Notes under the pieces: generated by a model
Seen by the model: only the letters and a program-made list of their open reading frames with translations
Told to the model about the DNA's origin: nothing
The model's database searches: none
Part shown: piece by piece, positions 24,201 through 40,100 of the stretch
Layout: every line of letters starts with the position of its first letter
Numbering within the stretch: position 1 is the first letter of the stretch
Position numbers and translations under genes: made by a program
Source of the DNA: Euprymna scolopes
Taxonomy: Eukaryota
Strand: one strand, 5' to 3'
Assembly (NCBI GenBank): GCA_053919585.1
Contig: CM132801.1
Length of the DNA: 64,000 nucleotides

Positions 24201-27200
24201 CTTAGAAAAATTGATTTAATTTTTTTAAAACAACAATAAACAAGTAAAAATATTTTAAAAAAATATTATGGGATGTGTATTCTCTTTTAAAGACAATATC
24301 TTCTTCAAGAACGGTTATAAAATGTGTTTTAAATCTATGTTTATTCAATAAGGGACCAGTTTTCCTACTTAGCAAAAGGGGGCGAGTTTTCCGAAATTCC
24401 AAAAAAAAATGGTTGCTATGAAATGTATTTAATCAACAATTATGTTTTGATAAAATTGATATTTTTCTGGATAGTGCAAAAAATATTTTAGAATGAAAAT
24501 CCAATAACATGCAGCAAATATGAGTTTATTAATATTTCTATGGAAATAGTGTCCATTATATTTAAAATAAAAAAGAACCCAAATGAGATAAATTAATAAG
24601 TACCAATAAATGCTCTGAAAGTAATATTGTGCTACATAGTTCAATAATAATAATGTAAGAGACAAACTTTAATTTACTTTGTCCTGCTTCATTTGAATGC
24701 TCCTTTACTATGTAAAATTTCATTCACTTTTTTTTGTGGAGGGAGGAATGGGTTAAAAACCATTCACTTCGAAATTACTACGCGTTCTTTTCTCACACCA
24801 TTACAACAATAATCATATATTATTATAATAATATGTGAAAACGATGCTACATCAAACTGTGGCCAGTCATATATTCTTTTCCGAGTTGCCAGATGGTTTT
24901 TTTTATAAGCGAGAATTAATGAATTTGGCTTCTTTTTTTTTTTACATTTTAACCTCTAAAAGTTATTTGGCCTTTTCCATTAATTAAGAAAGGAACAAGC
25001 AGAATATTATATAAATAGGATTTTGAAGATTGAATCGTTTAGTCATTAAATCATTGGTTGAATAAAATCGTCATAAAACCATTATTTAAGCCATTAAGAT
25101 TAATGTAATGTTTTAATCTCTATAAAATATATAAATACTTGAAATCTTGTAATATTTGCGAATTTGTCAAGTATTTCAAAAGCCAAAAAACGACCTATTT
25201 AACTGTTTAAATGCTTACAAGTCTTGTATTCCATCTTTGTCCATATTATTCCATTAGCTTTATTTACTTTGTATTTTAGATCAAGTGACAGCAATTAATT
25301 ATATTATTTGTAGTTATTTATTATGCGTTAGCCAGTCGTGATAATAAAAAAGCGTTTTTTTTTTGTTTTGTTTTTTTTTCTCAAAAGAATATTTATGCGA
25401 AATTAGTTTTTACCGGTACTTCAAAATGTAATCGTAACAATCTATTGTATAATTAATATTTCTGATGAAACTTTAGTAAAAAAAAAAAAAAAAAAAAAAA
25501 AAAGACGATGTTATAAGTGATAAAACACATAATTCCATACTTTTAATCTACCACTAACCCTAAGTTCGGGTTTTAATAGAAAAATAAAATCTGGAAAGGA
25601 TGCGTGTGACGGGTTTGTTAAAGTGAATTTCGCTTAAAATATTTAAAAGTCATATATAACTATGGAATTAAAAAAAAAAAATACTAGCGGATAATTGTAT
25701 ACAAGTTTTTACTTCAGTCGATGTATGCGCGAGTTTCATCATGCGACAATTACAGATTCATGAAGTCATTTGTGAACGGTGTGACATACGTTATAAGTAT
25801 GAGATATTATTTAGTTAAGTTAGAATCAAACGGTGAAAAATAAATGTTATATTGAGATATAAACAGTTTGTAGTGAAGAGAGATGCGATTCGATCGAACG
25901 CCTAACAGTGATTGGTTTGAATAGCGACCATCTTTATTTCATTATTAAAATATTATTGAAATAATCAGCTTTCAGTTAATCATTTATTTCACAACTCAGG
26001 ACAGTGGGGAGACTTGTCACTTAAAATGGCGTAACAAAACTTGACTGCAAATTATAGGACGATATTGTGTTGTTTCCACTTGATCAAATATGCTGCATAA
26101 ATAATTCCAAACAACTGAAATATGGAGAATGATGATTTTAATGTCACACGATCTCAAGTAAAAAATGATTACAGATAATGTAACATGTAAAGTTCAAGTT
26201 CAATAACTCTAAATTAATTTAACTAAGTTATCTCCCTTGTATTAAAATTAAAATTGAGACAGTAAAAGTTTAAAGAAGACTTCCCCTCGCTTGATCTCTT
26301 TTTCCAGAAATTCAAATCATTTTTATTAGAATAAATTATTTTATGACCAGTCGTTGAAAATGTTATTTAATTATTGAAATAAACAGCAATTTATTTCAGA
26401 GCTCTAGTCAGTGGGGAGATTTTGTACTCAAACTGAAGTAACAATAATTGACTGCAAATTATAGAATGATGTTTGCTTGTTGCCACTTGATCATAACATG
26501 CAAAATAATGACAACTAAAATGTGGAGAATGATGATTTTAATGTCACTTGATCTCAAGTAAAAATGATTACATGTGAAGTCCGATCTCCCTTGTATTAAT
26601 TATTCAAACTGAGACAGTAGTAGCCTAAAAAAACTTGCTGTCACATGATCTCTCATGAGAAATAAATAAAAAAAGAGTATTTTTTAACAATAACTACAGG
26701 TGTATGTATCAAAGTTTAAATAAAATTATTTGAAAATGTTAACTTTACAGATTGATACGTTCGTTTGACAGAATTCGGGGAAAAACATCAATAGATCAAA
26801 TAAACACCGCATATATATCCTATTTCATGAAATAGGTTTGTATGTGTATGTATATTTACGTATTGAGGTGTGTGATTGACCTATTGGATACCATCGTGGC
26901 CTTTGAATCGTCAATATAGACATGCCCTGATCGTTTACTGACTAACACTTGGTAAAAGTATGAACCAGCAATATCGGTCATTTTTTTACTAAAGACAACA
27001 AAAGGAAAACGTTTTCAAAAAACTAGATTACAAATAAATGTTAACGTGAAATTTATTGGGTGGGTTTCTATCAGTATTTTGTTGAATTCACTACTGAGCA
27101 ATTATACAGACTTCAAAAGATATGACACTCTCGTTTCGGCCATTTTTCTTTTCTAGTTCTCCCGTAACATTGAACACTTTTTTTCCGAAATTTTTAATCG

Positions 27201-28075
27201 CTTCAAAATAAATTAAGCCACAATCAAAATAGGTAGAAGAATAACAAGGTTTTACTGTACACATAGATTCGATTAAAAAACAAATATATAACAAATAAAT
27301 GTTATCAAAGGCAAGAAGTGGATAATTTTCTAGCGTGTTTATTTAATGTAACATGTTTATTCGGCTCGTAAAACATACAGTGGTTACCGATGTATTGGAA
27401 AATTAAAAATGGCGCTTGATTCTCTTTGACACGGTAAGTTTAGGAAAAAGAGTTGAAAATAAAATAATATACAAAATACTGTTATAAACCCACCAAAAAT
27501 ATGCCAGCCTATGTCACGTTAACACATATTGAGCGAGTTTCTAACCGTATTTTGTGTAGTTTTTTATTTTTAATTCCTTTTCCCAAACTTATCGTGTCAA
27601 AGAGAGAGAGAGTCGGGCGCCATTTGCAATTTTCTAATACATCGGTAAACACTATGTTTCTCGAGCTGAATAAACATGTTACATTAAATAAAAACATTAG
27701 AAAACTATCCACTTAGGTAGAAAAGTAACTTATCTCGCCTTTGATAACATTTATTTATGTATTTGTTTTTTGACAACTTTTTCGAATCTATGTGTACAGT
27801 AATACAAGCTCTAATAACTTATCTTGCCTTTGATAATATTGATTTGATTTATCATTGTTTTTTTTTTTTGTTTTTTTTTACCACGTTTCCGTTTTGTTAT
27901 TTCTAGTGAAAAAAAAAAAAATAAAAATTGATTCCCGCTTCAAATATTTATAATATTGCTTAAAAACAGTGTGGTATTTATTTACGTAGTTTGTCTCAAA
28001 GAAAACTAAATTATTTGCAACGCTGTTATTTGTTCACGAACTTTTTTGCGATTAAACCACTTTAATCAATTGGTT

Positions 28076-28984
28076 GGTACTGGTCGCGATTTGAGTTCCC
28101 TGCCGAACACCATAAAAAACACTAACTTCTCCCTACGCATTAGCAAAGGACATGTTTTAGTTGCCATAGTAACTCAACGATCATGAATTTTTATCGACTT
28201 TTTATAAGTTTTACTGTTTATGAATATTGAAATAAAAGAAATTACTACACATTTATTAATAATATCTCACTTTTATCGACTTTTTTTTTACTGTTTTACT
28301 GTTTATGTGTCACTTTTATCGACTTTTTCTTTTCTTTTTTAAATAGTATTTTCTTTTTAAATGACGACGTTTTTACTGTTTATGAATATTGAAAGAAAAA
28401 TAATTACTAAACATTTATTAATAAAAAAATGGGTGCTAGTGCACTTATGATCCGCGCTGTATTTTAAATCGTATTTCTAAGTTTAATTAATGTTTTTTTT
28501 TTATTCAATTGTAAGGTTAAAGTAGAGAATAGGTACAAAACACCCTCCCCATGTTAAGAATGGCTTTTTAAATAATAAAAAAACATTAAACCTTAATTAA
28601 ACTTAGAAAAACGATTTAAAATATAGCGCGGATCATAAGTGCACTAGCACCCATTTTTTTTTTTTTAGTAGTAATTATTTTTCTTTTAATATTCATAAAC
28701 AGTAAAAACGTCGTCATTTAAAAAGAAAATGCTATTTAAAAAAGAAAAGAAAAAGTCGATAAAAGTGATTAAAAACAAAGGCGATAAAAGTGAGATATTA
28801 TTAATAAATGTGTAGTAATTTCTTTTATTTCAATATTCATAAACAGTAAAACTTATAAAAAGTCGATAAAAATTCATGATCGTTTATTTACTATGGCAAC
28901 TAACACATGTCCTTTGCTAATGCGTAGGGAGAAGTCAGTGTTTTTTATGGTGTCCGGCAGGGAACTCAAATCGCGACCAGTACC
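28076..28984. mobile_element. Foldback element B (U2)
   Basis: Same TIRs and AATTGGTT TSD. Confidence 0.88.
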
Positions 28985-29403
28985 AATTGGTTTATCGTTC
29001 AACTTCTGGGACTATTTTAAGTTAAAAAGAAATCGAAATGAGTATTTATAATTATATTATAAATATGATGTTGATTAAAAGTCTGTAGTTTCACGTTTGC
29101 CACTGGGAGCAGTTAATGCAAGTAGGTTATGGAGAAACACAACAAAAAATCTCTTTAGACAGAATAAGCGAAATCAAAAGAAGATGGCGACTGACTTTAA
29201 CCGCGTCGTATGACAAGACATTTCAATTTACTTCAAACGAAATTCAAATGATGGGGCTAAATTTTATATTAAATCTACTGAAGGTGCGTAAAATAATAAA
29301 TGCAAAAAAAAAAATAATAATACTTCATAAATAATCGCAGAAGTCAGAAATAAAAAATCGCATTAAGTAAGATTGACGAAAAACATTTCGGGAAAATGTT
29401 GGT

Positions 29404-29419
29404 GGCCCTGAAAAGGGCC
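29404..29419 (-). promoter_or_regulatory. Histone 3' stem-loop (H2A, U2)
   Basis: Same 16-nt hairpin. Confidence 0.96.
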
Positions 29420-29449
29420 GTTTGTGTTGTGTCAAGGAAATAAGAGAAT

Positions 29450-29827
29450 TTACTTGGCAGCTTTCTGGGTCTTCTTGGGAAGAAGTACAGCTTGGATGTT
29501 GGGAAGGACACCGCCCTGGGCAATGGTCACTCCGGCCAAGAATTTGTTTAATTCTTCGTCATTACGGATGGCCAATTGCAAGTGACGGGGAATGATTCTG
29601 GATTTCTTGTTGTCTCTCGCAGCATTTCCAGCCAACTCGAGAACCTCAGCGGCCAAATATTCCATGACGGCAGCCAAATAGACGGGTGCACCTGCACCAA
29701 TTCTCTCCGAATAGTTACCCTTGCGGAGGAGACGATGGATACGACCAACGGGGAATTGAAGTCCGGCACGGGATGAACGAGTCTTGCTCTTTCCCTTGGC
29801 TTTACCTCCTTTACCACGACCAGACAT
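29450..29827 (-). CDS. H2A: Histone H2A
   Basis: Identical to U1 H2A. Confidence 0.99.
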   Translation of the reverse strand: MSGRGKGGKAKGKSKTRSSRAGLQFPVGRIHRLLRKGNYSERIGAGAPVYLAAVMEYLAAEVLELAGNAARDNKKSRIIPRHLQLAIRNDEELNKFLAGVTIAQGGVLPNIQAVLLPKKTQKAAK

Positions 29828-30128
29828 CTTTAGGTTTTGCTGTTCTTTCAAAAAAGCTCAAACGACTTTAATTTACAAAACGCACGCAACTTGCCTTAAA
29901 TACGCGTAGATCGGCTCCGGCCAACTGCTGATTATTTTACCGCTCACACAACGGCGTTCTTTTGTCTGTTTTAAGTGCTTTCACAAGTTGTGTAGTTTTG
30001 TTGCTAGTTTCTGACCAATCAAATACGAGAGATTTGAGAGAGAAAATTTTGATTGTTGCTGGGAGCCGGCGTGTTTCGTATAAAAAGGAAAGGGAAGACG
30101 TTGCCTTTATCATTTCTAATTTGTCGAA

Positions 30129-30500
30129 ATGGCTCCCCCCACTGAAGTTAGCAAGAAAGGCGCTAAGAAAGCCGGTAAGGCTAAACCTGCCCGTGATGGC
30201 AAGAAAAAGAGAAAGAAGAGGAAGGAAAGTTATTCCATCTACATTTACAAAGTAATGAAACAAGTTCATCCTGACACTGGAATTTCTAGCAAAGCCATGT
30301 CTATTATGAACAGTTTTGTTAACGATCTTTTTGAGAGAATCGCTAATGAAGCCAGCCGTCTGTCCCATTACAGCAAGAAAAGAACACTTAGCAGCCGTGA
30401 GGTCCAGACCGCTGTCCGTCTCCTTCTCCCTGGTGAGTTGGCTAAACATGCTGTCTCTGAGGGAACCAAAGCTGTCACCAAGTACACCAGCGCCAAGTAA
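30129..30500 (+). CDS. H2B: Histone H2B
   Basis: Identical to U1 H2B. Confidence 0.99.
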   Translation: MAPPTEVSKKGAKKAGKAKPARDGKKKRKKRKESYSIYIYKVMKQVHPDTGISSKAMSIMNSFVNDLFERIANEASRLSHYSKKRTLSSREVQTAVRLLLPGELAKHAVSEGTKAVTKYTSAK

Positions 30501-30536
30501 AAAGCGTTTTCTTCAAAAGAAAAAAATTCCCAAAAC

Positions 30537-30552
30537 GGCCCTTTTCAGGGCC
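30537..30552 (+). promoter_or_regulatory. Histone 3' stem-loop (H2B, U2)
   Basis: Same 16-nt hairpin. Confidence 0.96.
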
Positions 30553-32578
30553 AAACATTTTTTCACGAATGTTTCTTCACTTTCTATATTTTAATGCGAT
30601 TATTCACTGTTTAGATTTCATAGATATCCCCATCTCTTTCTATGGCGTAAATATTACTTATTTCTATATAATGTATATTTGTAGAAGATTAGGGAAAGAC
30701 AGTCTTAAATTATATTTGTAATTTTTATTTGTGAACTTGTAAATTTGTTTAAGTCAATCTTAATACAAATTTTTGCATTTCTTTCAATGTTTTTATTTAA
30801 ATTTATATTTTTTTCCAGCTTTCTTATTCCTTATCCGTACAATCACATTATGATATGCATCTAAATATTACCTGAAATATTTTTGTTTTGTTTTTTAACG
30901 TGCATTCATTTAACGTCTGAAATTTTAAAAAATAAAGCTCTTAAATAATTTAAATAATAAAAAAAAAGCTATTACGTAATCAATACCAAGCAAGTAACCA
31001 ACTTTAAAAGTTTTTAAAAGATAAATTATACAAATTCTAAATGAATTGTTTTTTCCGGTTTGTATTACTGTACACATAGATTCGAAAAAGTTGTCAGAAA
31101 ACAAATATATAACAAATAAATGTTATCAAAGGAAGATAAGTTACTTTTCTGCCAAACTGTTTTTATTCAATGAAAACATATTTATTCAGCTCGAAAAACA
31201 TACAGTCTTTACCGATGTATTCGAAAATTCAAGATGGCGTCTCGCACCCTCTTTAACACCGTAAGTATGGAAAAAGGTGTTATAAATAAAAAAAACTATG
31301 CAAAATACTATTAAAAACCCACCGAACCTATGTCACGGTAACATATATTGAGCGAGTTTTTAACAGTATTTTATCCGGTTTTTTATTTATAACATCTTTT
31401 TCCACACTTACCGTGTTAAAGAGAGAATAAGACGCCATCTTGAATGTTCCAATACATTGGTAAACACTGTATGGTTTTCGAGCTGAATAAACATGTTACA
31501 TTGAATAAAAACACGAAAAATATATCCAGTTTGGTAGAAAAGTAACTTATCTTGCCTTTGATAACATTTATTTGTTATATATTTGTTTTTTGACAACTTT
31601 TTCGAATCTATGTGTACAGTAATACAAATCCATTTTTTCTAATGTGCGAATGTATTTTGATTGTCTTACCGAAGTTCAAATCTTAATTTCGGAGTTCAAT
31701 TCTTGCATATCAAATATAATCGAAACAGACTTTAAAAAATTACACCCCTTGTAAAATCGACAGAAAAACTTAGTTTTTGTCCAAATAAATCGATTACAAT
31801 TTTTAACTCATCGTCGAAATTTCAAACATTCGCTGCAAGTTTTTCTTGTGTTCACCTGAATCTAGACAGTTTTTCGAACCGCATAAACGTTTTAAAGTGA
31901 GTAAAGCCACAAAAACTTTATCAGATAGGTAGAAGAGTAACTTGTCTTTAATAACATTTATTTGTTATTTGAAAATTTTTCGTACCACGTGTATTGTAAA
32001 ACAAATCCCCATTCTTTTATTTCTTATTTTGAAGTTTTTGTCGAGTCTTCAAAGAAATCGCGGCCATTTTTTCTTGTTCATCGGTAGCGTTCAATGTAGC
32101 TTGCTTTTCGAACAGAATAAACATTTTACAAAAACAATATTGAAATCTTATCCAGTTATAGAGAAAACGAACTTATCTTACATTTTCTAACATTTATTTG
32201 TTATATTTGTTTTCTGGCAACTTTTTTGTATCTGTGGATCGTAAAACAAATCCAAATGGGGTTACAATACTTGACTTTAAAAAAAAAATGTTTTTGATAG
32301 TTTGTTGCGGACGTCATGTTGCCTATACTTCTGCATCATCCTATGTAATATTATATTACTAATATATACTTCATATATATATACATACGTACATGTGCTG
32401 TGTCATGCACACACAGGGGTCACAGAAAAATCATTTTATTTTTATTTCAATAGAATTTATTCATTTTACATTTTTTTTTTTTTTTACCTTATTAATTTTG
32501 TTCGGGTTTATTTTCTATGAAATTTAAATGTATGCTGCGTATTTGTTTATTAGAATTTCATTTTTTCGATGTGAGAGA

Positions 32579-32580
<2 letters not shown>

Positions 32581-32658
<78 letters not shown>
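32581..32658. repeat. (AT)39 microsatellite
   Basis: Direct reading. Confidence 0.97.
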
Positions 32659-32660
<2 letters not shown>

Positions 32661-33182
32661 CGTTTTCGAGAATCAGGAAAATCATTTCAAGGCACAATTT
32701 CCCGTCATTTTTGTAGCAAAATGTAAGGATATGTAGTAATTCTTTTTTTGACTTTGCTTGCAAATATTTCGACACGAGTTTTTCATGGTTTGTTTTTAAA
32801 ATTTGAAGTTTACTACATATTTATTTAGTAGAAAGAAGCGATATGTTAGAACGTAATGTCGCCGTAATTAAACTCTCCAAAATTACGAAAAATAATCGGT
32901 TAAAAAATAATTATCGATGAAAACAATTATTGAAAGAAAATTTACCTAATTGAGTTTTTAGTTATCTCCCGTCGATAAACCGGTTTAATTACAAAACAAT
33001 GACTTCACTAATTATAATACTTACTATATTAAACAAAGGGACATAACTCTTGGGTCGTGTATAATAAACCGTCAAATTTTCTTTTAACGATCTTTAAAAA
33101 TTGTCGGGTGCTTATTTATATTGAGATATATGCAAAATATTACAGTTCAAAATAGGAAAACGGTATACGAGGAAAACTTATC

Positions 33183-34787
33183 GGCAGGATTGCAGTTTAC
33201 AGGGAAATCAAGGGACGCAACTCCTGCCAAACTAAAAAGGACGCAAACAGAATCACCGGGGGGCACCTGTTTCAATTTTTAAATTACGAATTTTAACCGA
33301 ACCTACTACACGTGGAATAATATAACAAGTTTTAAGATTTCTTTTGAATAGTTCATTTCTTTCTAATTCCTTTGTTTTTTATTCGTTTTACTTCTAAATT
33401 ATTTTCTTCTTTAATTTTTTGTTTTTACAATCTTTTATTATACTTTTATTCTTTACGTTTTTATTTTTTTTACCAAAATGAGAACTACTATCGTTGACCA
33501 CGTTATGTCTACGACTGAAGTGGAAGAGCAGAAGTGGACCTATGAGCATTTGTATAATTTGCTGCCACCAAATAACGAGGTACAGTTACAAACAGCGGCC
33601 TCATTGGGACTCATACCGAATAGGAGTTTCTGCAGCTCGTGTGAGAGAGATCGAATTCTCTATAAAAACGGAGCCAAAGGGGATGGTTTTGCGTGGAAGT
33701 GTCCTGTCTGTAAGAAGGGTGGTTTGCCAAGGATGGGTTCCTTCTTACAGAGAAGTCATCTGACAATAAAGCAGATTTTAGTTATTTTGCTCAGTTGGAG
33801 CATGGAGATGCCGCAGATTAAAATTAAACAGGAAGCAAGTGTAAGTAACCATACAATCGTAGATTGGATGTCATTCATAAGAGAAGTCTGTGAACAGGAC
33901 ATGCTGGACCATCCCATCATGTTAGGTGGGAGAGACGAACATTCGACACCTAAAGAAGTGGAGGTGGATGAGTCATATTTTTTCCGACGAAAGTATAATA
34001 GGGGACGTGTGAGGAAGGGCGTTTGGCTTTTTGGCGCAGTGGAAAGAGGCTCGAATTTGTGCAATTTCGCAATAGTGGGAAATAGGGATCGAGATACCCT
34101 GTTTCCAATCATAAATTCATGGTGCCTGCCAGGAACAAGAATTATTTCTGACGGTTGGGCGGCTTACCAAGGACTTGATCGACTCGCTCAAGGAATTTAT
34201 GAGCACGACACTGTCGTCCACGAAAACAACTTCGTTGATCCGTTGGACCCTTCAGTGCACACACAGACTATTGAAGGACTATGGTCACACGCCAAAAAAC
34301 ATATACGAAAGTTTGGGAATCGACAAAATATGTTCGGCTTGCATCTGATGGAATTTTTATGGCGAAAAAGAGAGAAGGGTGAATGTTTTCCATGAATCAT
34401 CAGATGCATCCGCGAACAGTATTCGTTTTAAAAATTAACTGTTTAATAAAGTTCTATGTTCTTAAAATAATTCTATGTTCTTCAAATAATTCTTTCTTAA
34501 AATAATTCATAACTGTTTTTCGTTTTAAAAATTAACTGTTTAATAAAATTCTATGTTCTTCAAATAATTCTATGTTATTAAAATAATTCTTTCTTAAAAT
34601 AATTTATAACTTTTTTATAAAGTTCTATGTTCTTCCTTTGTTAAAAAAATAACTTATTCAAACAGTTCATTTAAATTAACAAGAAAAAGAAAAATTGAAA
34701 CAGGTGCCCCCCGGTGATTCTGTTTGCGTCCTTTTTAGTTTGGCAGGAGTTGCGTCCCTTGATTTCCCTGTAAACTGCAATCCTGCC
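33183..34787 (+). mobile_element. Merlin transposon (U3), 1605 bp
   Basis: Same TIRs and TSD; 11 bp longer upstream of the ATG (~33438-33448). Confidence 0.93.
33478..34395 (+). CDS. Merlin DDE transposase (U3; HEDNF>HENNF)
   Basis: 305 aa; one D>N difference from U1/U2, outside the catalytic triad. Confidence 0.92.
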   Translation: MRTTIVDHVMSTTEVEEQKWTYEHLYNLLPPNNEVQLQTAASLGLIPNRSFCSSCERDRILYKNGAKGDGFAWKCPVCKKGGLPRMGSFLQRSHLTIKQILVILLSWSMEMPQIKIKQEASVSNHTIVDWMSFIREVCEQDMLDHPIMLGGRDEHSTPKEVEVDESYFFRRKYNRGRVRKGVWLFGAVERGSNLCNFAIVGNRDRDTLFPIINSWCLPGTRIISDGWAAYQGLDRLAQGIYEHDTVVHENNFVDPLDPSVHTQTIEGLWSHAKKHIRKFGNRQNMFGLHLMEFLWRKREKGECFP

Positions 34788-36002
34788 AACTTATCTGTTG
34801 AAAATGTTAGTTTACATTAAAAAAAAAAAAAAATGACGGAAAAGTTTCTAGTCGAATTTTAGCAATAAAAATGTCCGTAAATTAGTTTTTCAACTGACAT
34901 ATTTCGCATCTTTCTCAATAAAGTACCGATTTTATTTGTAAAAGTATTTTCCAGAGTGAACAATTTCAAAATGTGCACAAATCTCAGATCCATATTGTCA
35001 CATTGACATTTACTGAGTGCTTCTCTACCAGTGTTTTGTTAAATGTTGAGGACTGATTTAAAAAAGGGCATTTATTTAGCAGAAACGAAAAAATAGTAAG
35101 AAACAAAAAACAAAATGTTACCAAAGGCAAGATAAATTTTTTCCTTACCTGAATAGGATTTTGATGTTTTAACTTATTTTAAAGTATCTTTATTTAAAAC
35201 ATAAGTATTGCCTTGTTGATAAGTTGGAGCGAAAACAAGATGGCTGCATCTAATGGGTGGATTTCTATCACTACTGTTTAATTTTTTTTTTTCCAAACAT
35301 TCATTTACCAAATAAACTCAGTGTTTATTAAAATAATATTGCTACTCGGAATTATTATGAGTTGGGCAGTTATAATAGAGAACGTTTGGTTTTGTAAGTG
35401 TTTATTAAAATGAAATCTGTAGAATTCACTTGTCACGTGAACCAAACTCCCATCAATATAACCACCTAAATATACTTTTAGTTAAAAATGAATTTACTTA
35501 ATTGAATTCCCACCCCATTAAAAGACACCAACGATGATCAAAAAACATTAATCTATTAGATATAAAGAAATATATGCAATTTTATTATCATCATTCCTTT
35601 GTATTTTTTTTCAATTGCAGTCATTATCTTTGAGAACTGACAAAATTCCCCCACTTTGTTTTGAATATTTCACAGATAATTTAACTTAAATTCTTGCCTA
35701 AAAACAAAGTTATTTAAAATTATAGGATTTTTTTTCTTTTTGAGTGATATACCATATTTGCTCAAATATTGGAAGTTAGTACATGGGATTAATACTTTTG
35801 TTATAATTGTAAAATTATTTTTAAGTCTGAGGTTTTTAAACAGAATAGCTAATTATTCATGTCTGCAATGAAAACAAAATAAGCGAATTATACAGAATAA
35901 TGAAAAACGGATTTAAAAAAAAAAATCCATCAAATTAGACGTTATGAAAAGATAAACGCATAAAAGTTAGATTTGGAAAAATACTTTTCGGAAAATGTTG
36001 GT

Positions 36003-36018
36003 GGCCCTGAAAAGGGCC
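36003..36018 (-). promoter_or_regulatory. Histone 3' stem-loop (H4, U3)
   Basis: Same 16-nt hairpin. Confidence 0.96.
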
Positions 36019-36057
36019 GTTTGGTTTGGTTCGTTTTGTCTTGGGTCAAATAATGGT

Positions 36058-36402
<345 letters not shown>

Positions 36403-36638
36403 CTAATGTACGGCGGACAACAAATCAAATTTACTATATATAGGTCTCCGCACAAAATCCGGCGGACCTAGTTGAAAGCACCCCACGTGATGCTTTATCA
36501 CCAATGAGAATAAAGGGAAATATTTGAACATTTTGCGAGCACCGAACAAAGGAAAACTGAACGAGCACTTCAGAAAGTAGCAGCAGCAGCTGATAACAGC
36601 TCATATAAAAGCTGTAACGGTCGTCGGCTCGTGCGTAA

Positions 36639-37088
<450 letters not shown>

Positions 37089-37115
37089 ATTTATTATCTC
37101 TCTTCATATTCAAAC

Positions 37116-37131
37116 GGCCCTTTTCAGGGCC
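37116..37131 (+). promoter_or_regulatory. Histone 3' stem-loop (H3, U3)
   Basis: Same 16-nt hairpin. Confidence 0.96.
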
Positions 37132-40100
37132 ACAAATTTATTATGAAAGTTTTTTCTTACTGTTGTAATTTAATGCGATTTTTATGTTTTATAAGTTTTC
37201 TATATTCTGTCATTGACTTTTTTTCAATGTGATTTTCCTCTTTAGGTGCGTTTATAAGTGAAACGACATTTTTCGACATCAATTGTTTTTAGGCAATTTA
37301 TATCCGAAAAAGTTGTAAAAAAACAAAAAAACAAATAAATGTTATCAAAGGCAAATGGCGCCCAAGACAAAATAATATTAAAAATCCACCGAATAACATA
37401 TATTGAGCGAGTTTCTAACAGTATTTTGTCTGCTTTTATAATTTTAACTCCCTTTCCCAGACATACCGTATCAATGAGAAAGTCGGGTGCCATTTTAATT
37501 TTCCAATACATCGGTAAACACTGTTTTTTTCGAGCTGAATTAACATATTACATTAAATAAAGACATCAAAAACATATCCAGTTAGGTAGAAAAGTAGCTT
37601 ATCTTGCTTTGATAACATTTATTTGTTATATATTTGTTTTTTGACAACTTTTTCGAATCTGTGTACAGTAATACACACCATTATTTATTATTAAATTTAT
37701 TGAATATTTCCTATGAGGTTTCACCGAGCATTAGATTGAATAGATTAGTAATAAACTGCAATTTAAAGTCATTATTATAAATACCTACAAAAAATGTTGA
37801 TGTACAGTAAAACAAAACAACAGAACCATACCGTTAAAAGAATCTTATCAAAACTTTAAAAAGAACATATCACTCGAATGTCAGCTAGAGCATGAATTAA
37901 TAACTCTCTAAATCCAAAGATAATCTGCATAAAATGACTCAAAGGGTTGATCTGCCGTACAATCCAACAAACGAACCTCATCATTTTTGTCCACTGAGAT
38001 TCATTCGCAAATATTCTCTATTTATATACGTTATTACTATGTTTACTAAATTCAAATTTTATGTTTCTGTTCATTAGAAAACTATTATACTAATAAGAAA
38101 GATAAAGTATTTTAAAAATATTTTAATATAAACTGTGTAAAAAGAGTTTTCAAGCAAGAAAATAAAAATATTCCAATTATAGAAGAAATTGTAAATAAAC
38201 TATTTAAAATATATTATCCCACCCAAAAAAAAGACATTTAAATAATAAAAAAAAAGTTTTATTTTATTATTTGTAATACAAACAAATATAAATTGCCAAT
38301 TATCGTTTTTACAGTAAATTATTTTATGGCGAGATATATATCGTTGGAAATGTGTTTCTAATGTTATTTAATTATTAAAATAAAATCAACTTTCAATCAA
38401 TAAAAATATTTAGAGTTCGACTCGAACACTTGTACTGAAGTAACAAAAATGTTGGCTTGTTGTTACTTGATCTAATATACAGGATAATTACGAACAACTG
38501 AAATGTGGAGAATGATGACTTGAATATCACTTTACCTTAAATAAAAATAAATGAATCTTTACTTGCAATAAAAGTTCGATAACTCCAAAATTATTTAACT
38601 AAGTTATTTCCCTTATATTTCCCAGATTATAAAACAGACAATATTATGACTATATTAGAGTTGTTGTGAAAAAAGAGTACGAAAGAATAATTTTGTGTGT
38701 ATATTAAAGTTTTCTTTTCCGTTGAAATAAAATCTTTTTCATTTATAATTTATGAATAAAGTTAGTTGAAAGCTCGACAAATAAACAGAAATAAACATAA
38801 ACGCATTAATTATAGACGAACTTATTGAATAAAAAGGATTTTAAAAAAATAATATTATCAAAGCTTCTTGCGCTAAAAAAAAATCTCTTCATTTTAGATT
38901 TCCGTATTCAATAAGAATTACATAAAAGATAAGTAAAAATAGATATTAGATAAAATACTACAGAATAACATGAATTATTTACAAATGTTATTTACTTTAC
39001 AGATTGATATAGAATTTGGGGATGTGTAAAAAATGGTGCCCGAAAAACTCGTCCCGGGAAAACTTGTCTCCGGAAAGCCCGTGCCCGGAAAAATCCCCCC
39101 TTTTTGCTAGGTAAGAAAAATGATCCCTTATTGAATAAATATCGATTGAAAACAAATTTTATTATCGTTATTGAAGGAGATATTGTTTCTAAAAGAGACT
39201 ATGCACCCCCATAATATTTTTAAAGATTATTTTTAACTCTTGTTTAAAAAAAAAATAAGATACGAAAAACGAAACCAAATATTTATTTTAAAAAATACTC
39301 TAGTTTTAACACTTTTTGTGTCATTAAGAAACAAAAATAAAGAAAGAAAACACGTATTATCAAAGTAAGCAATTATTTTATTTAGAAGAATTAATTCAGT
39401 TAAATAATTCTTGTGTTATTACAAAATAACAAAAAAAGAAAACACGGTCTTATTTTGGTACGGCGTTGAAATAATAACGTTACTATTTCGAAAGCAATTC
39501 TTAACATGGGGAGGAGGGGGTATCGTTTGAAAGTCATTTCGGGGTCACTTGTGCAGTACTTAAAAATATACATATTTATATTCTTTTGTGGGTGGGGGAG
39601 GCTCGTTTTAAAACTACATCTACCTCAGTATTTTCTTTAATTTTCAGACATTTTTTTGTTAAAAATTATTTACTAAGTAATTTCGAGTGAGTGCGACATT
39701 ACTTGTTATTTCTTTTTAACTAAATAAACTCTTTAAAATAAGTTTAAACACCAAAAACTTACAAAGCTAGGTAGAAAACGAAAACTAAAAAAAATCAATT
39801 AAATTTTTTTTAAAACAATAAACATGTAAAAATATTTTTAAAAATATTATGGGTTGTGCATTATTACCTAAAAATATACAAATTTCTTTTTTTTTATTGG
39901 GGGGGGTCTCGTTTTAACACCTTAATATTTTCTTTAATTTGCTATTTTTGAGCAATTATCCCCCTAAGACGTGATCCTCTTCTGTCGGGCATTATTGTTC
40001 ATAAGTAACACCCGACATTACTTTTTTTTTAAACTAAATAAACTCTTTAAAATAAGTTGAAAGACCAAAAACTTTCAAAGCTAGGTAGAAAACGAAAACT

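Noticed and set aside
32517-32775. YIYIYI-repeat ORFs
   Set aside because: Translations of the (AT)n microsatellite.
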